Source: Delftia acidovorans NBRC 14950 (GTDB lineage Bacteria; Pseudomonadota; Gammaproteobacteria; Burkholderiales; Burkholderiaceae_C). Taken from it: a stretch of DNA of 32,000 nt. Position 1 is the stretch's first letter; every line of letters starts with the position of its first letter. Location of the stretch: NCBI RefSeq assembly GCF_001598795.1, contig NZ_BCZP01000038.1, forward strand, positions 1 through 32,000, given 5' to 3'. Position numbers and translations under genes: made by a program. The notes below the pieces were generated by a model. That model did not search any database. It was given only the letters and a program-made list of their open reading frames with translations, and was not told where the DNA came from. This document shows positions 14,409 through 23,805 of this stretch, piece after piece.

Positions 14409-14420
14409 GCGAGCGAAAAC

Positions 14421-15080
14421 TCATGCCAGCGGCCCCGGCACACCCACCTCCCGCGACCTCACCCACTCCTCATTGCGACCACTGGCCTTGCGCCCGAACT
14501 CCGCTTCGAACTTGGCCAGGGCCACGGCGGCCTTGGCATCGTTGTGCATGTCGGTGTCTTCGCGACCATAGGCCCGGTACAGCATCCAGTGCACCAGAGC
14601 GAAGTGCAGCTCCGGCCGGATCTCGGGCTTGTCCACGCAGGCGCGCATGGGCTTGAGCGGTAGCCGCTGCACGGTCAGACGCAGTTCACCGTCTGCTGCA
14701 GGCCTGGGCCACAGGTGCAGCTTGCCGGTGGTCATTCCGGCCACCAGGCGCTGCGGCACGTCCTGGCGCTCCTGGAACTGCCAGCCCGGGTGGTAGCAGT
14801 CCATCTCGTCCACAGAGATCTCGCAGACCTCCTGGCCGTTGATGAAGGCGCGCAGGATGCGCACCACCCTGCTGTCCAGGTCCACCGTCTCGGCGCCGGC
14901 CAGGAAGGCGATGCGGCAGATAGGTGAGACCGAATCGCGCAGCAGCTGGCCACGGCGGCAGGCCTCGACCTGGGCCTCGTTGGCGTAGATGGTCAGGAGG
15001 TCGTCCGAGCAGTACGGCTTCTGGTCATCCAGGTCGAAGCAGTCCTGACGGTACTGCTTGATCAGGTCGTCGAGGGTCAT
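14421..15080 (-). CDS. Putative head-tail adaptor / head completion protein, 219 aa
   Basis: MTLDDLIKQYRQDCFDLDDQKPYCSDDLLTIYANEAQVEACRRGQLLRD... This N-terminal pattern is typical of phage adaptor/connector proteins, and the gene lies downstream of the capsid genes. The assignment rests on pattern and synteny only. Confidence 0.55.
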   Translation of the reverse strand: MTLDDLIKQYRQDCFDLDDQKPYCSDDLLTIYANEAQVEACRRGQLLRDSVSPICRIAFLAGAETVDLDSRVVRILRAFINGQEVCEISVDEMDCYHPGWQFQERQDVPQRLVAGMTTGKLHLWPRPAADGELRLTVQRLPLKPMRACVDKPEIRPELHFALVHWMLYRAYGREDTDMHNDAKAAVALAKFEAEFGRKASGRNEEWVRSREVGVPGPLA

Positions 15081-15094
15081 GGCGGGCCTTCAGG

Positions 15095-15550
15095 TCAGGA
15101 GGCGAGGATCGAGCGCAGCCAGGCCTGGCCCAGCCGGTTGTCGTCGCGGTTCACCTGGAACGGGTAGCGCAGGCTGTTGATGGGCTGCACCACGTTCATG
15201 CGCTCGCCCAGGCGGTCGTCCAACTCCTGGTCGTAGCCGGTCTCCTTGGCGCGGGCCAGACGCTCGACGAACTTGCGCTTGACCACGATGGGGCGGTTGC
15301 GGCGGAACATCTGGATGACGCCGTTCACCGAGACCTGCACGAACGGTGCCTCGTTGTCGCGGCCGCCGGACAGCACCGTGACCATCACGGGCTCGTTCAT
15401 GAAGGCTTCCAGCTCAGCGTCCTTGAGCGTCACCGGGGTGTCGATGATCTCAGCCGAGAAGTCGGGCACGATGCCGAACTCCATGGGAGGCGTGGCGCCC
15501 AGGTACTCGTTGGTGGCGTCCGTTTCGTTCTTGCGGGGGGTGGTGGCCAT
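15095..15550 (-). CDS. Head-module protein, 151 aa, unknown function
   Basis: ATG 15550 with AAGGA SD (the track ORF extends to 15604): MATTPRKNETDATNEYLGATPPMEFGIVPDFSAEIIDTPVTLKDAELEAFMNEPVMVTVL... Confidence 0.65.
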   Translation of the reverse strand: MATTPRKNETDATNEYLGATPPMEFGIVPDFSAEIIDTPVTLKDAELEAFMNEPVMVTVLSGGRDNEAPFVQVSVNGVIQMFRRNRPIVVKRKFVERLARAKETGYDQELDDRLGERMNVVQPINSLRYPFQVNRDDNRLGQAWLRSILAS

Positions 15551-15613
15551 GTTGATGTCCTTGCGGGGATGTGAGGTGGCCCGGGGCGGATACCCCAAGG
15601 CCACGGGGGTGCG

Positions 15614-15973
15614 TCAGGTGCGCGCTTCGTAGACGCAGGTCTTGGAAGCCAGGACGGCCGCCAGAGTGGCGTTCTGCGACACGCGGAAGCCGCGTTCATC
15701 GACCGTGATGCCGTTGGCAGCGTCCAGGGTGCGGACGCCATCGGCACCGGTCTTGAGGCACGAGCCAGCGGCCATGCCCTCGAACCACTCGATCTGCACG
15801 CGGTCGGTGACGTTGATCCAGCGGACTTGGCTGGGCTTGAAGCCGGTCTCGACGCGGGTGGTATCCCCTGCGACGATGGCGGTGGCGTCGTAGACCACCT
15901 TGCCCTGGGCGGAACTCTGGGAGTCCTGCTTGTCGGTCTTGGTGCGGGTTTGGCCCGCGGTGTTGTCGGCCAT
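15614..15973 (-). CDS. Small head protein directly downstream of major capsid gene (possible decoration/cement protein), 119 aa
   Basis: ATG 15973 with GGAGAA SD: MADNTAGQTRTKTDKQDSQSSAQGKVVYDATAIVAGDTTRVETGFKPSQVRWINVTDR... The role is inferred from position only. Confidence 0.6.
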   Translation of the reverse strand: MADNTAGQTRTKTDKQDSQSSAQGKVVYDATAIVAGDTTRVETGFKPSQVRWINVTDRVQIEWFEGMAAGSCLKTGADGVRTLDAANGITVDERGFRVSQNATLAAVLASKTCVYEART

Positions 15974-16034
15974 GATGGGTTCTCCGTGGGAGTTGAGGTT
16001 CAGAGTGGAGGGAGGGCCGAAGCCCTCCCCGGCC

Positions 16035-17072
16035 TTACAGCGCGGTCACCCCGGCTTCGGCCACCGCCATCCAGCCCTCGTTGAGCATGGTGCAGGCCAT
16101 GTAGAACTTGGCGCCAACGTAGCCGCGCTGGCCCAGCGGATCGCTCTTGTCCTTCACCCCGGGCGGGATGTAGGTCGGGTCGATGGAGTCCGAACCACGC
16201 AGTGCCAGCTGGCCCCAGGCGTCTTCGCCGACCATGATGAACGGGTAGACGTCCACGTTGGTCGCGCCCGTCAGGCCGGTGCTGCCGATAGCTGCGCCTG
16301 CGCCGGCATAGGGCGCCAGTTCCGCACTGGTGATGAAGCGGAAGTTCTCGCAGGAACCGATTTCCTGGGCGTGCACAGGCTTGCGGTTGCCGTAGGCGCT
16401 GACGTGCACGAAGCCCTGCAGGTCACGGATATCGGCCTCGGCATCCGTGTGCACGAAGACCAGGTAGCTGGCTTCCACGGGCTTTGTGGCGATCATTGCC
16501 GAGGGCGACAGGATGCCTGTGATGCGCTTGGCGTGGTTGGCCTGCAGATTGCGGCTGATCTTGCGCAGCAGGTTCAGGCTGATCTTCGCGTTCACAGCAG
16601 CGCGGCTGGCACCGCCACCGGCATAGAACACGTTGGTACAAGCCTTGAGCACGCCGTAGCGGATCATCTCGCGGACCAGGGCAATGCGCTCGCCGCACTG
16701 CTTCTTCATCTCGGCGGGCACGTCGTCCTCGTACGTGTCCACCGTCTGGTCGGTGAGCTGGTAGAGGCAGCCGTATTGCTTGATGGTGACCTGGATGTCC
16801 TGTGGGACCAGCGTGTCTGCGCCAGGCGTGACGCCTTCGGTCAGCTCGTGGGCCACCGGGTCCGCCTTGGGCCGGTTGCGGGTGTTCCAGTCCGTGTTCG
16901 CCGCACCCCAAGGGAGGTAGCGGCGGTGCACGATGGTCTTGCCCTGGTTCTTGGGAAGCGCGCGCTGCTGGCCGGTGATGCCCAGCACTTCGCTCGCCAC
17001 GGCGTGGGCGAGGATATCGCCCTTGATCTTGCCGATCCGCGGCGCCGGGTTGCCGCTTTCGTATTGAGCCAT
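16035..17072 (-). CDS. Major capsid protein, 345 aa
   Basis: ATG 17072 with a strong AGGAGA SD. Its size and position directly after the scaffold gene fit a major capsid protein. MAQYESGNPAPRIGKIKGDILAHAVASEVLGITGQQRALPKNQGKTIVHRRYLPWGAAN... resembles HK97-fold capsid proteins of podovirus-like prophages. Confidence 0.8.
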   Translation of the reverse strand: MAQYESGNPAPRIGKIKGDILAHAVASEVLGITGQQRALPKNQGKTIVHRRYLPWGAANTDWNTRNRPKADPVAHELTEGVTPGADTLVPQDIQVTIKQYGCLYQLTDQTVDTYEDDVPAEMKKQCGERIALVREMIRYGVLKACTNVFYAGGGASRAAVNAKISLNLLRKISRNLQANHAKRITGILSPSAMIATKPVEASYLVFVHTDAEADIRDLQGFVHVSAYGNRKPVHAQEIGSCENFRFITSAELAPYAGAGAAIGSTGLTGATNVDVYPFIMVGEDAWGQLALRGSDSIDPTYIPPGVKDKSDPLGQRGYVGAKFYMACTMLNEGWMAVAEAGVTAL

Positions 17073-17098
17073 GATGTTCTCCTTCGGGCCTGGCTATC

Positions 17099-18058
17099 TC
17101 AGCGCTGGCCCATGGTGGCCTGGAAGGCGGCCAAAAATTCTTCCTCTTCAGTGGGCGCGGCCTGGGGGCGCGGCGCGTTGCCGCTGGGCGTGACGGCCGC
17201 CTTGAGCCGTGCCTGCCCCTTCGCGGCCTTGTCGGCGGCGGTGGCGCGGGCGGTGGCCCATGCGTCGTATTTACCCAGTACGGAGCCCATGCTGTCGGCC
17301 GTGACCGCGTCAGCAAACTCCTGCTGCACCTGCTCCCCTTGCGCGGTGAGCCACAGGTTGAACTCCTGCGAGCCCACCTTGTCGCGCCAGCCTGTGTGCA
17401 TGCGGTCCATCACGGCCAGCTCCAGCGCCATGGGGTCGTGCCCGGCCTGGACCTGCGGCGCTTCGCCCGTGGCCACGGGTTGCTGCGCTTCGGCTGGTGG
17501 GGCTTCCTGGCGAGGTTGCTGGTTGTGGAGACCGATCAACGCCCGGGCGTACTCGGCAACGTCGGGATAGTCCTGCTCGAACTGCTTGAGTTGAGGTGGC
17601 AGCTCGGGCGTCACTGCGGGCGCCGGGGCTGCTGGGGCCGCAGGAGCTGGCTGTTGCGACTTGCGTAGCAGATCGCCAATGCTCCCGTGTGCTTTGTCCA
17701 ACTGGCGTTTGAGCGTGTCCACCTCGGCAGCGTTGCCCAGCAGGCGGCGCAGCTCACTGCGCTTGAAGCCGGCGAACTCGACAGGATCGTCGTCCTCGGT
17801 CGTGGCCGGCTGCTGCTGGGCGGGCTGCCCTTCAGCACCGGCGGCGGCCGTGGCCTCCTCCTGCTGTTGCTCGCTGGCTTCTTGCGTCACCGCCTCCTTG
17901 CCGCCGTGCTCGGCCGCAGCACTTACCGGCGCTGCAGTGGATACGGGCGGCTCGGTGCCGGACGTCTCAGCGAAGGCGCGATGGAAATCGGCCTCCTCTT
18001 GAGCACGGGCCTCGGCCTGCTGTTGAGCCTGCTGTTCCTGCTGTTGTTGCTCGTCCAT
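17099..18058 (-). CDS. Scaffolding protein, 319 aa
   Basis: Highly acidic, Gln/Ala/Glu-rich helical protein (MDEQQQQEQQAQQQAEARAQEEADF...) lying between the portal and major capsid genes. AGGAG SD. Confidence 0.75.
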   Translation of the reverse strand: MDEQQQQEQQAQQQAEARAQEEADFHRAFAETSGTEPPVSTAAPVSAAAEHGGKEAVTQEASEQQQEEATAAAGAEGQPAQQQPATTEDDDPVEFAGFKRSELRRLLGNAAEVDTLKRQLDKAHGSIGDLLRKSQQPAPAAPAAPAPAVTPELPPQLKQFEQDYPDVAEYARALIGLHNQQPRQEAPPAEAQQPVATGEAPQVQAGHDPMALELAVMDRMHTGWRDKVGSQEFNLWLTAQGEQVQQEFADAVTADSMGSVLGKYDAWATARATAADKAAKGQARLKAAVTPSGNAPRPQAAPTEEEEFLAAFQATMGQR

Positions 18059-18089
18059 GCGTCATGCGCTCCTGTGTGTCGTGCCGAGG

Positions 18090-18311
18090 TCAGTAGCCGG
18101 GGCCACCGATGTCGGCGGTTTGTGCCGGGTCTGGTTTGTCCAGTGCCAGCAGTTCTTTCCAGGCCGCGATGCGCCCACGCAGTTCGGTGGTGCGCAGCGC
18201 GTCCATGGTTAGGCTGTCGTTCTTCTTGCGCAGCGTGTCGATCTGCGCGTTGGCATGGCGCTCAATGGCACGCCATGTCGGTGAGGTGAAGTCCAGGCCT
18301 GGGTTTGTCAT
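18090..18311 (-). CDS. Small hypothetical protein, 73 aa, between portal and scaffold
   Basis: MTNPGLDFTSPTWRAIERHANAQIDTLRKKNDSLTMDALRTTELRGRIAAWKELLALDKPDPAQTADIGGPGY. Plausible composition and tight spacing within the operon. Confidence 0.6.
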   Translation of the reverse strand: MTNPGLDFTSPTWRAIERHANAQIDTLRKKNDSLTMDALRTTELRGRIAAWKELLALDKPDPAQTADIGGPGY

Positions 18312-18360
18312 GGCTGCAGTTTCCAGAGGAACGCCCTCTGGAGCGAACCCTGGCCGGGGG

Positions 18361-20595
18361 TCAGCCCCGCGCGCCGTCAGCGGCCGGCGTCTCGATGCCC
18401 TGGCGCACGCCCAGCAGCGGGCTGTCGGGGCGCAGCGGCGTCAGCGGGTCGGTGTTGTTGGGCACGGCGCCAGGGTCGGGCTGCTGCTGGGGCGTGATCC
18501 AGCCCGAGGGCTGCGGAACGATGGGCGCAGCATCCTGGTCGACATAGCCGCCCGAGCGCAGCAGCCCGTCGGCGACTGGCGCCGCGCCGGGGTTCAAGGC
18601 GAGGACTTGGGCGGCCTGGGTGCCGCTGTACAAGGTGTCCACGTTCACGCCCACGGTCTGTGCACGCGCCCTGCCCGCCTCTGCATCGGTCTTGCCGGCC
18701 TGAGCCTCCAGCAGCTTGGCCTTGGCCTGCAGCGTCGGGTCCTGGCCCTGCTGGGCGCGCTGAGCCTTCTGCTCGTCCGTGTACTGGAAGTTGGTGGGGT
18801 CCAGGCGCTGGCCCTTGCACAGCTCGGCCGCCAGCTTCGCCGGGTCCAGCTCGTAGACGGGATTGGCCGACACCTGCAGCAGCGTCATCAGGAACTGCTG
18901 CTGGGCGTCGCGCTCCACCAGAGCCGAGCTGGCGCGCACGTCGATCTGGAAGTCGCCCTTGATGCTCTCGTCGTCAGAGTAGGTCATCATCCAGTCGAAG
19001 TACCGCTGGATGTGGGGCCGCGTCATGTAGTCGTCGAACCGCTTGGCCAGGCGCCGCAGCACGCTGGTGGCGTTGTTGTTCTGCATCTGCATGCCGCCCA
19101 GGGTGTTGGGCGCATCGCCGCGGATGCCCTGCAGCATGGCCGGCATGCCCGTGGTGTCCTCGGCCATCTTCAGGGCGAACTGAATGGTGTTCATCAGCGT
19201 GACCTGGGCGCTGGGCACTGTGAAGGCGTTGAATGCTCCGCGCACATCCGAAACGTCCGCATTCGCTTCGGCACGCCAGATCTTCCCCGGCCGCAGACTC
19301 CAGACGCCATCTTCCGGTGTCACACCGTTCCCGATCACCACCTGAGGCGCTGCTGACAGGCCGTTGTTGTCCATCATGGCGCGGGCTGCACCATTGAGCA
19401 TGCGCTGTGCCGTGCGGACCTGCCGGCTGATGCCGACACCCCAGGGCATGCCAGGGCGGCGCTGCCAGGCCAGCACGTCATAGGGGAACTCGCCATCGTC
19501 CTGGGGACTGAGCACGACCTTGACCAAGCGGTCGTTGATCATCACCGCCATGGTGGGCACGCGGTCCTCGTCGCCCTCTTCCATCTCCACCCCCAGGCGC
19601 GCCAGGTGCTCGCGTGCGCAGTGGCCGTAGAAGATCCACATCTCAAACTCGTTCTCGCCCGGCCGGTAGACGGCTTCCGTGCCCTCGCGGGTGCGGGCCG
19701 GGCCTTCGCGCAGCACGGCCAGCAGTTCGGCAGTCTCGTAGCTGGGGTCGGCCAGCATCTCCTTGATCTGGCGCGGGCCGATGTTCTCGCGCTCCCACGT
19801 GTAGCTGCCGTTGTGGATGTTCTCCCCGCAGGACGGGTCCGGGAAGAAGTTCCAGGCGTCAATGCGCTTGGAGCCGGGTTTGATCTCATCGAACTTGACG
19901 AACTGAGTGGTCTGCGTCACGGGATCCTTGATGGCCATCCGGCTGGTGCGCATCACGGGATAGGGTCCCTTGAAGACACCGGAGCCGATTCGCGCCGAGT
20001 CCTCGATCAGCTGCCGCATTTCCCCGTGCCAGTTGCTCTCGACCAGCGAATCCTCGATCGCGCGCTGCATACCCTTGGCGGCTTCGGCTGCATTGCGGAT
20101 CTGCTCCTGGACGAATTCCTCCACGGTCTTCTGCTTGTAGATCCCGCCCATGGCGTCCATCAGCCGCTGGCGCAATGCTGGGCTGAGCGTCGGCAAAGGC
20201 GTGGCCTTGATCTCCCAGGCCCGATCATCCGTGGGCAGCAGCATGTCCGCCACGCGGGCGCTGGCCGCATCCGTGTAGGGGCGCGTGATGTTAAGGAACA
20301 CCACCGACCGGGCCGGGCCCTGCTGCCTGGTCTGCCCACCGATGACGGCCGCCTTCCTGCTGCGGTACAGCTGGTTGGCGTTCTGGAAATTGCGGTTGGC
20401 GTCGTCGATGCCCTGGTAGTGCTCCTCGTCCTCGGTCCACTCCTCCTCGATGCCCGAGCCGGCACGGCCGGCAATGGCCTCGCGGCGCTTGGACAGGAGC
20501 GTCAGGACGAACTCGGCGCGCAGGTCGCGCTGGGGCTCGCCGCTGTCGTCGTGCTGCTGGGCCAGCAGGCCCCCATGGTTGGTGGTGGCTTGCAT
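18361..20595 (-). CDS. Portal protein, 744 aa
   Basis: Its ATG lies 1 nt after the terminase large subunit stop. Size and synteny (terL-portal-scaffold-capsid) fit a portal protein. Confidence 0.8.
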   Translation of the reverse strand: MQATTNHGGLLAQQHDDSGEPQRDLRAEFVLTLLSKRREAIAGRAGSGIEEEWTEDEEHYQGIDDANRNFQNANQLYRSRKAAVIGGQTRQQGPARSVVFLNITRPYTDAASARVADMLLPTDDRAWEIKATPLPTLSPALRQRLMDAMGGIYKQKTVEEFVQEQIRNAAEAAKGMQRAIEDSLVESNWHGEMRQLIEDSARIGSGVFKGPYPVMRTSRMAIKDPVTQTTQFVKFDEIKPGSKRIDAWNFFPDPSCGENIHNGSYTWERENIGPRQIKEMLADPSYETAELLAVLREGPARTREGTEAVYRPGENEFEMWIFYGHCAREHLARLGVEMEEGDEDRVPTMAVMINDRLVKVVLSPQDDGEFPYDVLAWQRRPGMPWGVGISRQVRTAQRMLNGAARAMMDNNGLSAAPQVVIGNGVTPEDGVWSLRPGKIWRAEANADVSDVRGAFNAFTVPSAQVTLMNTIQFALKMAEDTTGMPAMLQGIRGDAPNTLGGMQMQNNNATSVLRRLAKRFDDYMTRPHIQRYFDWMMTYSDDESIKGDFQIDVRASSALVERDAQQQFLMTLLQVSANPVYELDPAKLAAELCKGQRLDPTNFQYTDEQKAQRAQQGQDPTLQAKAKLLEAQAGKTDAEAGRARAQTVGVNVDTLYSGTQAAQVLALNPGAAPVADGLLRSGGYVDQDAAPIVPQPSGWITPQQQPDPGAVPNNTDPLTPLRPDSPLLGVRQGIETPAADGARG

Positions 20596-20596
20596 G

Positions 20597-21901
20597 TCAG
20601 TACCCTATCTCGTTGTCCAGTGGCTGCCAGCCGCCGCCCCGAGGAGCGACGGGCCGCTGCTGCTGTGAGCGCAGCATGTGCTCGGCCGATTGAGCGATGT
20701 AGCGGAAGTTGTCGGCGCCGTGGCTGTACTGGTCGTGCAGCGGTCCCATGGCCTCGCCGGTCTTGGTGCTGACGTGGCGCTGATACCGCTTCAGGCATTC
20801 CAGCAGGCGCGCCGTCTTGGCGGCGTCGAAGTAGCAGCGCGGGAACAGCATGCGGGCGGCCTTGATGCCCTCTTCCACATCCAGCGGGGCCAAGCACAAG
20901 ACCTGCCGGCGCCCCAGCTCGCGCAGCAGCATCTCTGCGTTCTTGCCGGTCTGCGGGTTCTTGGTCTTGCCGTCGTGCGGCAGGTAGTCGATGCCCCAGC
21001 GATACGGGCGCTTCTCCAGTTGGGTCACATACCAGTCATAGGTGTGGTGGCTGTCTTCCAGGTAGTCGATGACGCGCACGTCCTGCGGGCCGACCTGGAC
21101 CATGGTGATGGTCATGGCGTCGTTCCAGCCCAGGTCCCAGACCGTGTGCACGGGCAGGCGCGGGTCGTAGGGGACGCGGCAGGCCCGGCCGTCGGCATAA
21201 AGGTGCTCCACCTCGTGGCGGTAGATGGCGCCGGCGGCCACCTTGCGGGCCTTACCCTCCCAGATGTGCTCGTAGTCGTCCTTGAGCATGGAGCGCTTAG
21301 CCTTCTGGCGCTCGTCCTCCAGCACGACTGGAAACCAGGGGTTGTCGCGCCAGTTGATCTGGCAGACCCACGTGTCCGGGCTGGGCGTGGCGATGAACCG
21401 CTGGTAGGTCTCGTCCGTCTCCATGTCCGGGTTCAGGGTCAGCCAGATCTCGGAGCCTTCCTTGCGGATGGTCGGGATCAGCACGTCCCAGGACTTCTTG
21501 CTGACGCCGTGGGCCTCTTCCACCCAGACGATGTCCACGCCCTCGAAGGACTTGATGGTGTCCACCGTGTGGGACTGCAGGCCCGAGAACAGGAACAGCG
21601 AGCCGTTGATGCCCCGGATCTCGGAGTCCAGCACCTCGAAGAAGGCTTCCAGGCCCAGGCGCGAGATGGTGTCCTTCAGCAGGCGATGCACCGAGTCCTT
21701 CATGGACCGCTGGATCTCGCGGGCGCACAGCACGCGCAGCGGCCGGTCGGCGGCCATGGCCAGGAGGACAGCAGCGACAGCCCAGGACTTGCCGCCGCCA
21801 CGGCCACCGTGCATGACCTTGTAGCGCCTGGGCGAGAACAGGGGCTGCAGCTTCTCGGCCAGCTGCAGCTTGGTGAATGGGAGCTCGGCAGGCGCGTTCA
21901 T
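20597..21901 (-). CDS. terL: Terminase large subunit, 434 aa
   Basis: Walker A-like HGGRGGGKSWAV near the N-terminus, typical of PBSX-type terminase large subunits. A C-terminal nuclease-type region is present. ATGA overlap with the small subunit gene. Confidence 0.9.
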   Translation of the reverse strand: MNAPAELPFTKLQLAEKLQPLFSPRRYKVMHGGRGGGKSWAVAAVLLAMAADRPLRVLCAREIQRSMKDSVHRLLKDTISRLGLEAFFEVLDSEIRGINGSLFLFSGLQSHTVDTIKSFEGVDIVWVEEAHGVSKKSWDVLIPTIRKEGSEIWLTLNPDMETDETYQRFIATPSPDTWVCQINWRDNPWFPVVLEDERQKAKRSMLKDDYEHIWEGKARKVAAGAIYRHEVEHLYADGRACRVPYDPRLPVHTVWDLGWNDAMTITMVQVGPQDVRVIDYLEDSHHTYDWYVTQLEKRPYRWGIDYLPHDGKTKNPQTGKNAEMLLRELGRRQVLCLAPLDVEEGIKAARMLFPRCYFDAAKTARLLECLKRYQRHVSTKTGEAMGPLHDQYSHGADNFRYIAQSAEHMLRSQQQRPVAPRGGGWQPLDNEIGY

Positions 21902-22596
21902 GCGTCGTCGTCCTCCCGCGCAGCAGGCCGCACGAACTCGACAGCGATGCGGGCTACGCCGCCCTCCCCTGGCCCTGTGCCCACGGGATCGACCTTGTCC
22001 ATGCCGAAGGCGGTTCGCTCCATGTCCACAACGATGCGCAGGCTCTCGGCCAGCACCTTCAGGGTCTTGGAGCGCTCAGGCAGGCTGATGACGGCCTCCA
22101 GCAGCTCGCCGTAGCGGTCGCGCCCGGGCTTTTCGCCAGGCGTCACCACGGCCGCAGCCAGCTCCTGCAGCTTGGCCAGCGTGGCCGGGTCGGTCTGCTG
22201 CTCCAACTCGTCCATGAGCCTGTTGGTGAGCTCGCGAACACGGCGCGCGTCCTTGCGATGGCCCAGCCGAACGTCAGCCACAGCCTGGGCATTGCCGTCG
22301 ATGACAGCCCGTTCCCGGACTTTGGTATCCGCGGATACCTGGCTGGATACCGCCGCCCTGGATACCAGCGCATCAGCCTTGGCCTGGATCTTCTGGGACA
22401 GGTCGCGCTCCCAGCCATCCCGCTTGGCGCGCTTGTTGATGGCGCCGTGGGTGATGCCGTTCTCGTCGGCGATCTGGCGAAGTGTCTTGATGCCGGCCCG
22501 GTAGTCCAGCTCTATGCGCTCCCAGTCAGGGGAGCGGGGGCCGGGGGCTGCGCCCCCTGCGCTGGGGGCTTGGTCGGGATGCGGTGAAGATGCCAT
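21898..22596 (-). CDS. terS: Terminase small subunit, 232 aa
   Basis: N-terminal HTH-like WERIELDYRAGIKTLRQIADENGITHGAINKRAKRDGWERDL, a recurrent terS signature. It lies immediately upstream of, and is coupled to, terL. Confidence 0.8.
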   Translation of the reverse strand: MASSPHPDQAPSAGGAAPGPRSPDWERIELDYRAGIKTLRQIADENGITHGAINKRAKRDGWERDLSQKIQAKADALVSRAAVSSQVSADTKVRERAVIDGNAQAVADVRLGHRKDARRVRELTNRLMDELEQQTDPATLAKLQELAAAVVTPGEKPGRDRYGELLEAVISLPERSKTLKVLAESLRIVVDMERTAFGMDKVDPVGTGPGEGGVARIAVEFVRPAAREDDDA

Positions 22597-22634
22597 GCCC
22601 GGAGTTTCCCGGGCGCGTGTCTTTTAGGCGAACC

Positions 22635-23696
22635 CTAGCCGGGGGACTTTGGAGTCGGTATTTTCTCTGTCAGCTTAGTAACGACTTCTATCAATCCAAA
22701 ACTCGCGCTATCACAGCCGTGTTGTGTATCGGCAGGGGTAAATAACTTCTGCGCCAACTGCCCCTTAATAGTATTCTTAGACTCTTCAGGCATTGCAGCA
22801 AGATAGGGCGTTATTGCATTTAGATCCATTGCCTTGCGTAGATAGGAGTGCTCTTGGGAACGATGAAGCGCAGATTGCTTGGCCGTGTATGCTGCAATAA
22901 ATGTAAAAAAAGCTGCCACGGCCAAACGAACCAAGACATGTTGAGTCGTCCGAAGATCAAATTCCAATATCACAAACAACAAAACCGAGAAAAATCCAAT
23001 ACCACACATAGTAATTAAAGAAACTCGTCGATAAAAATCCGCAGCCTTCTTTTCTATGGTTGCATTTTTCATATACTCCATCGTCAATCCACTGGAAGCC
23101 ATCTCAGAGATCAAAGCATTTAAATGCTCCGACGATGCAAGGACACCTGCTCTGTATTGTTCTATTTTCTCTAATGCTTCATCATTTTTATTTGATGCAT
23201 TTTTCTCTAGCCTTTTCATTAAAGCGTCGAGACTTTTATCTGCATTATTGCTATATTCTTCGTATTTAGCTCTCCAGCCAGCGGCTTTCGACTCCAGCTC
23301 ATCGATACGACTTAAAAGATTTCTTATTTTACCATCTGCAACAATCGGAAAATTAATTGCCCCCAAGAATGACTCACAAAATTCTCTGAGTTGCTTCGCA
23401 GATTCAAATAGGCCACTTTTTTCAATATCAGCATTCAATTTATTACTTTTGGAAAACAGCCTTTCAATTCCAGAACAAAAATTCATTGTATTGTGGACTA
23501 ATTCTTTCTCCAAAATCCCCCTTGCATCAGAACTATTCCGCTCATGATCTTTCGATAGAGATTTTTTTAGATTCAGACCATAATTAACATTCTCATGAAA
23601 ATCACCAGGCAACCCCCTCAATTTGTCGAGTATTATATCAATTTGACGATGTAAAAATTCCTTTTCAGTATCACTTAGAAATTTATCGTTTGACAT
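22635..23696 (-). CDS. Strongly AT-rich moron: 353-aa protein with helical N-terminal domain and two adjacent TM helices
   Basis: ATG 23696 with a GAGAGG SD in an AT-rich upstream region: MSNDKFLSDTEKEFLHRQIDIILDKL... TM pair RVSLITMCGIGFFSVLLFVILEF / VLVRLAVAAFFTFIAAYTAKQ. Codon usage is completely unlike the neighbours (A/T third positions). Confidence 0.85.
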   Translation of the reverse strand: MSNDKFLSDTEKEFLHRQIDIILDKLRGLPGDFHENVNYGLNLKKSLSKDHERNSSDARGILEKELVHNTMNFCSGIERLFSKSNKLNADIEKSGLFESAKQLREFCESFLGAINFPIVADGKIRNLLSRIDELESKAAGWRAKYEEYSNNADKSLDALMKRLEKNASNKNDEALEKIEQYRAGVLASSEHLNALISEMASSGLTMEYMKNATIEKKAADFYRRVSLITMCGIGFFSVLLFVILEFDLRTTQHVLVRLAVAAFFTFIAAYTAKQSALHRSQEHSYLRKAMDLNAITPYLAAMPEESKNTIKGQLAQKLFTPADTQHGCDSASFGLIEVVTKLTEKIPTPKSPG

Positions 23697-23805
23697 TTAT
23701 CAACCTCTCTTTTTTACGAAAGCATAGCTCCAATACCTCATTGTAAAGAATGAAGCCAAACTGCGCAGCCAAATGATCGCAATGGATGCGACAGCTAGTC
23801 CCCTG

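Noticed and set aside
22597-22634. Short palindrome CCCGG-GAAACT-CCGGG between the AT-rich moron and terS, as a possible terminator
   Set aside because: No U-tract follows on the minus strand, and it abuts the terS start codon. It is more likely incidental or a minor RNA structure.
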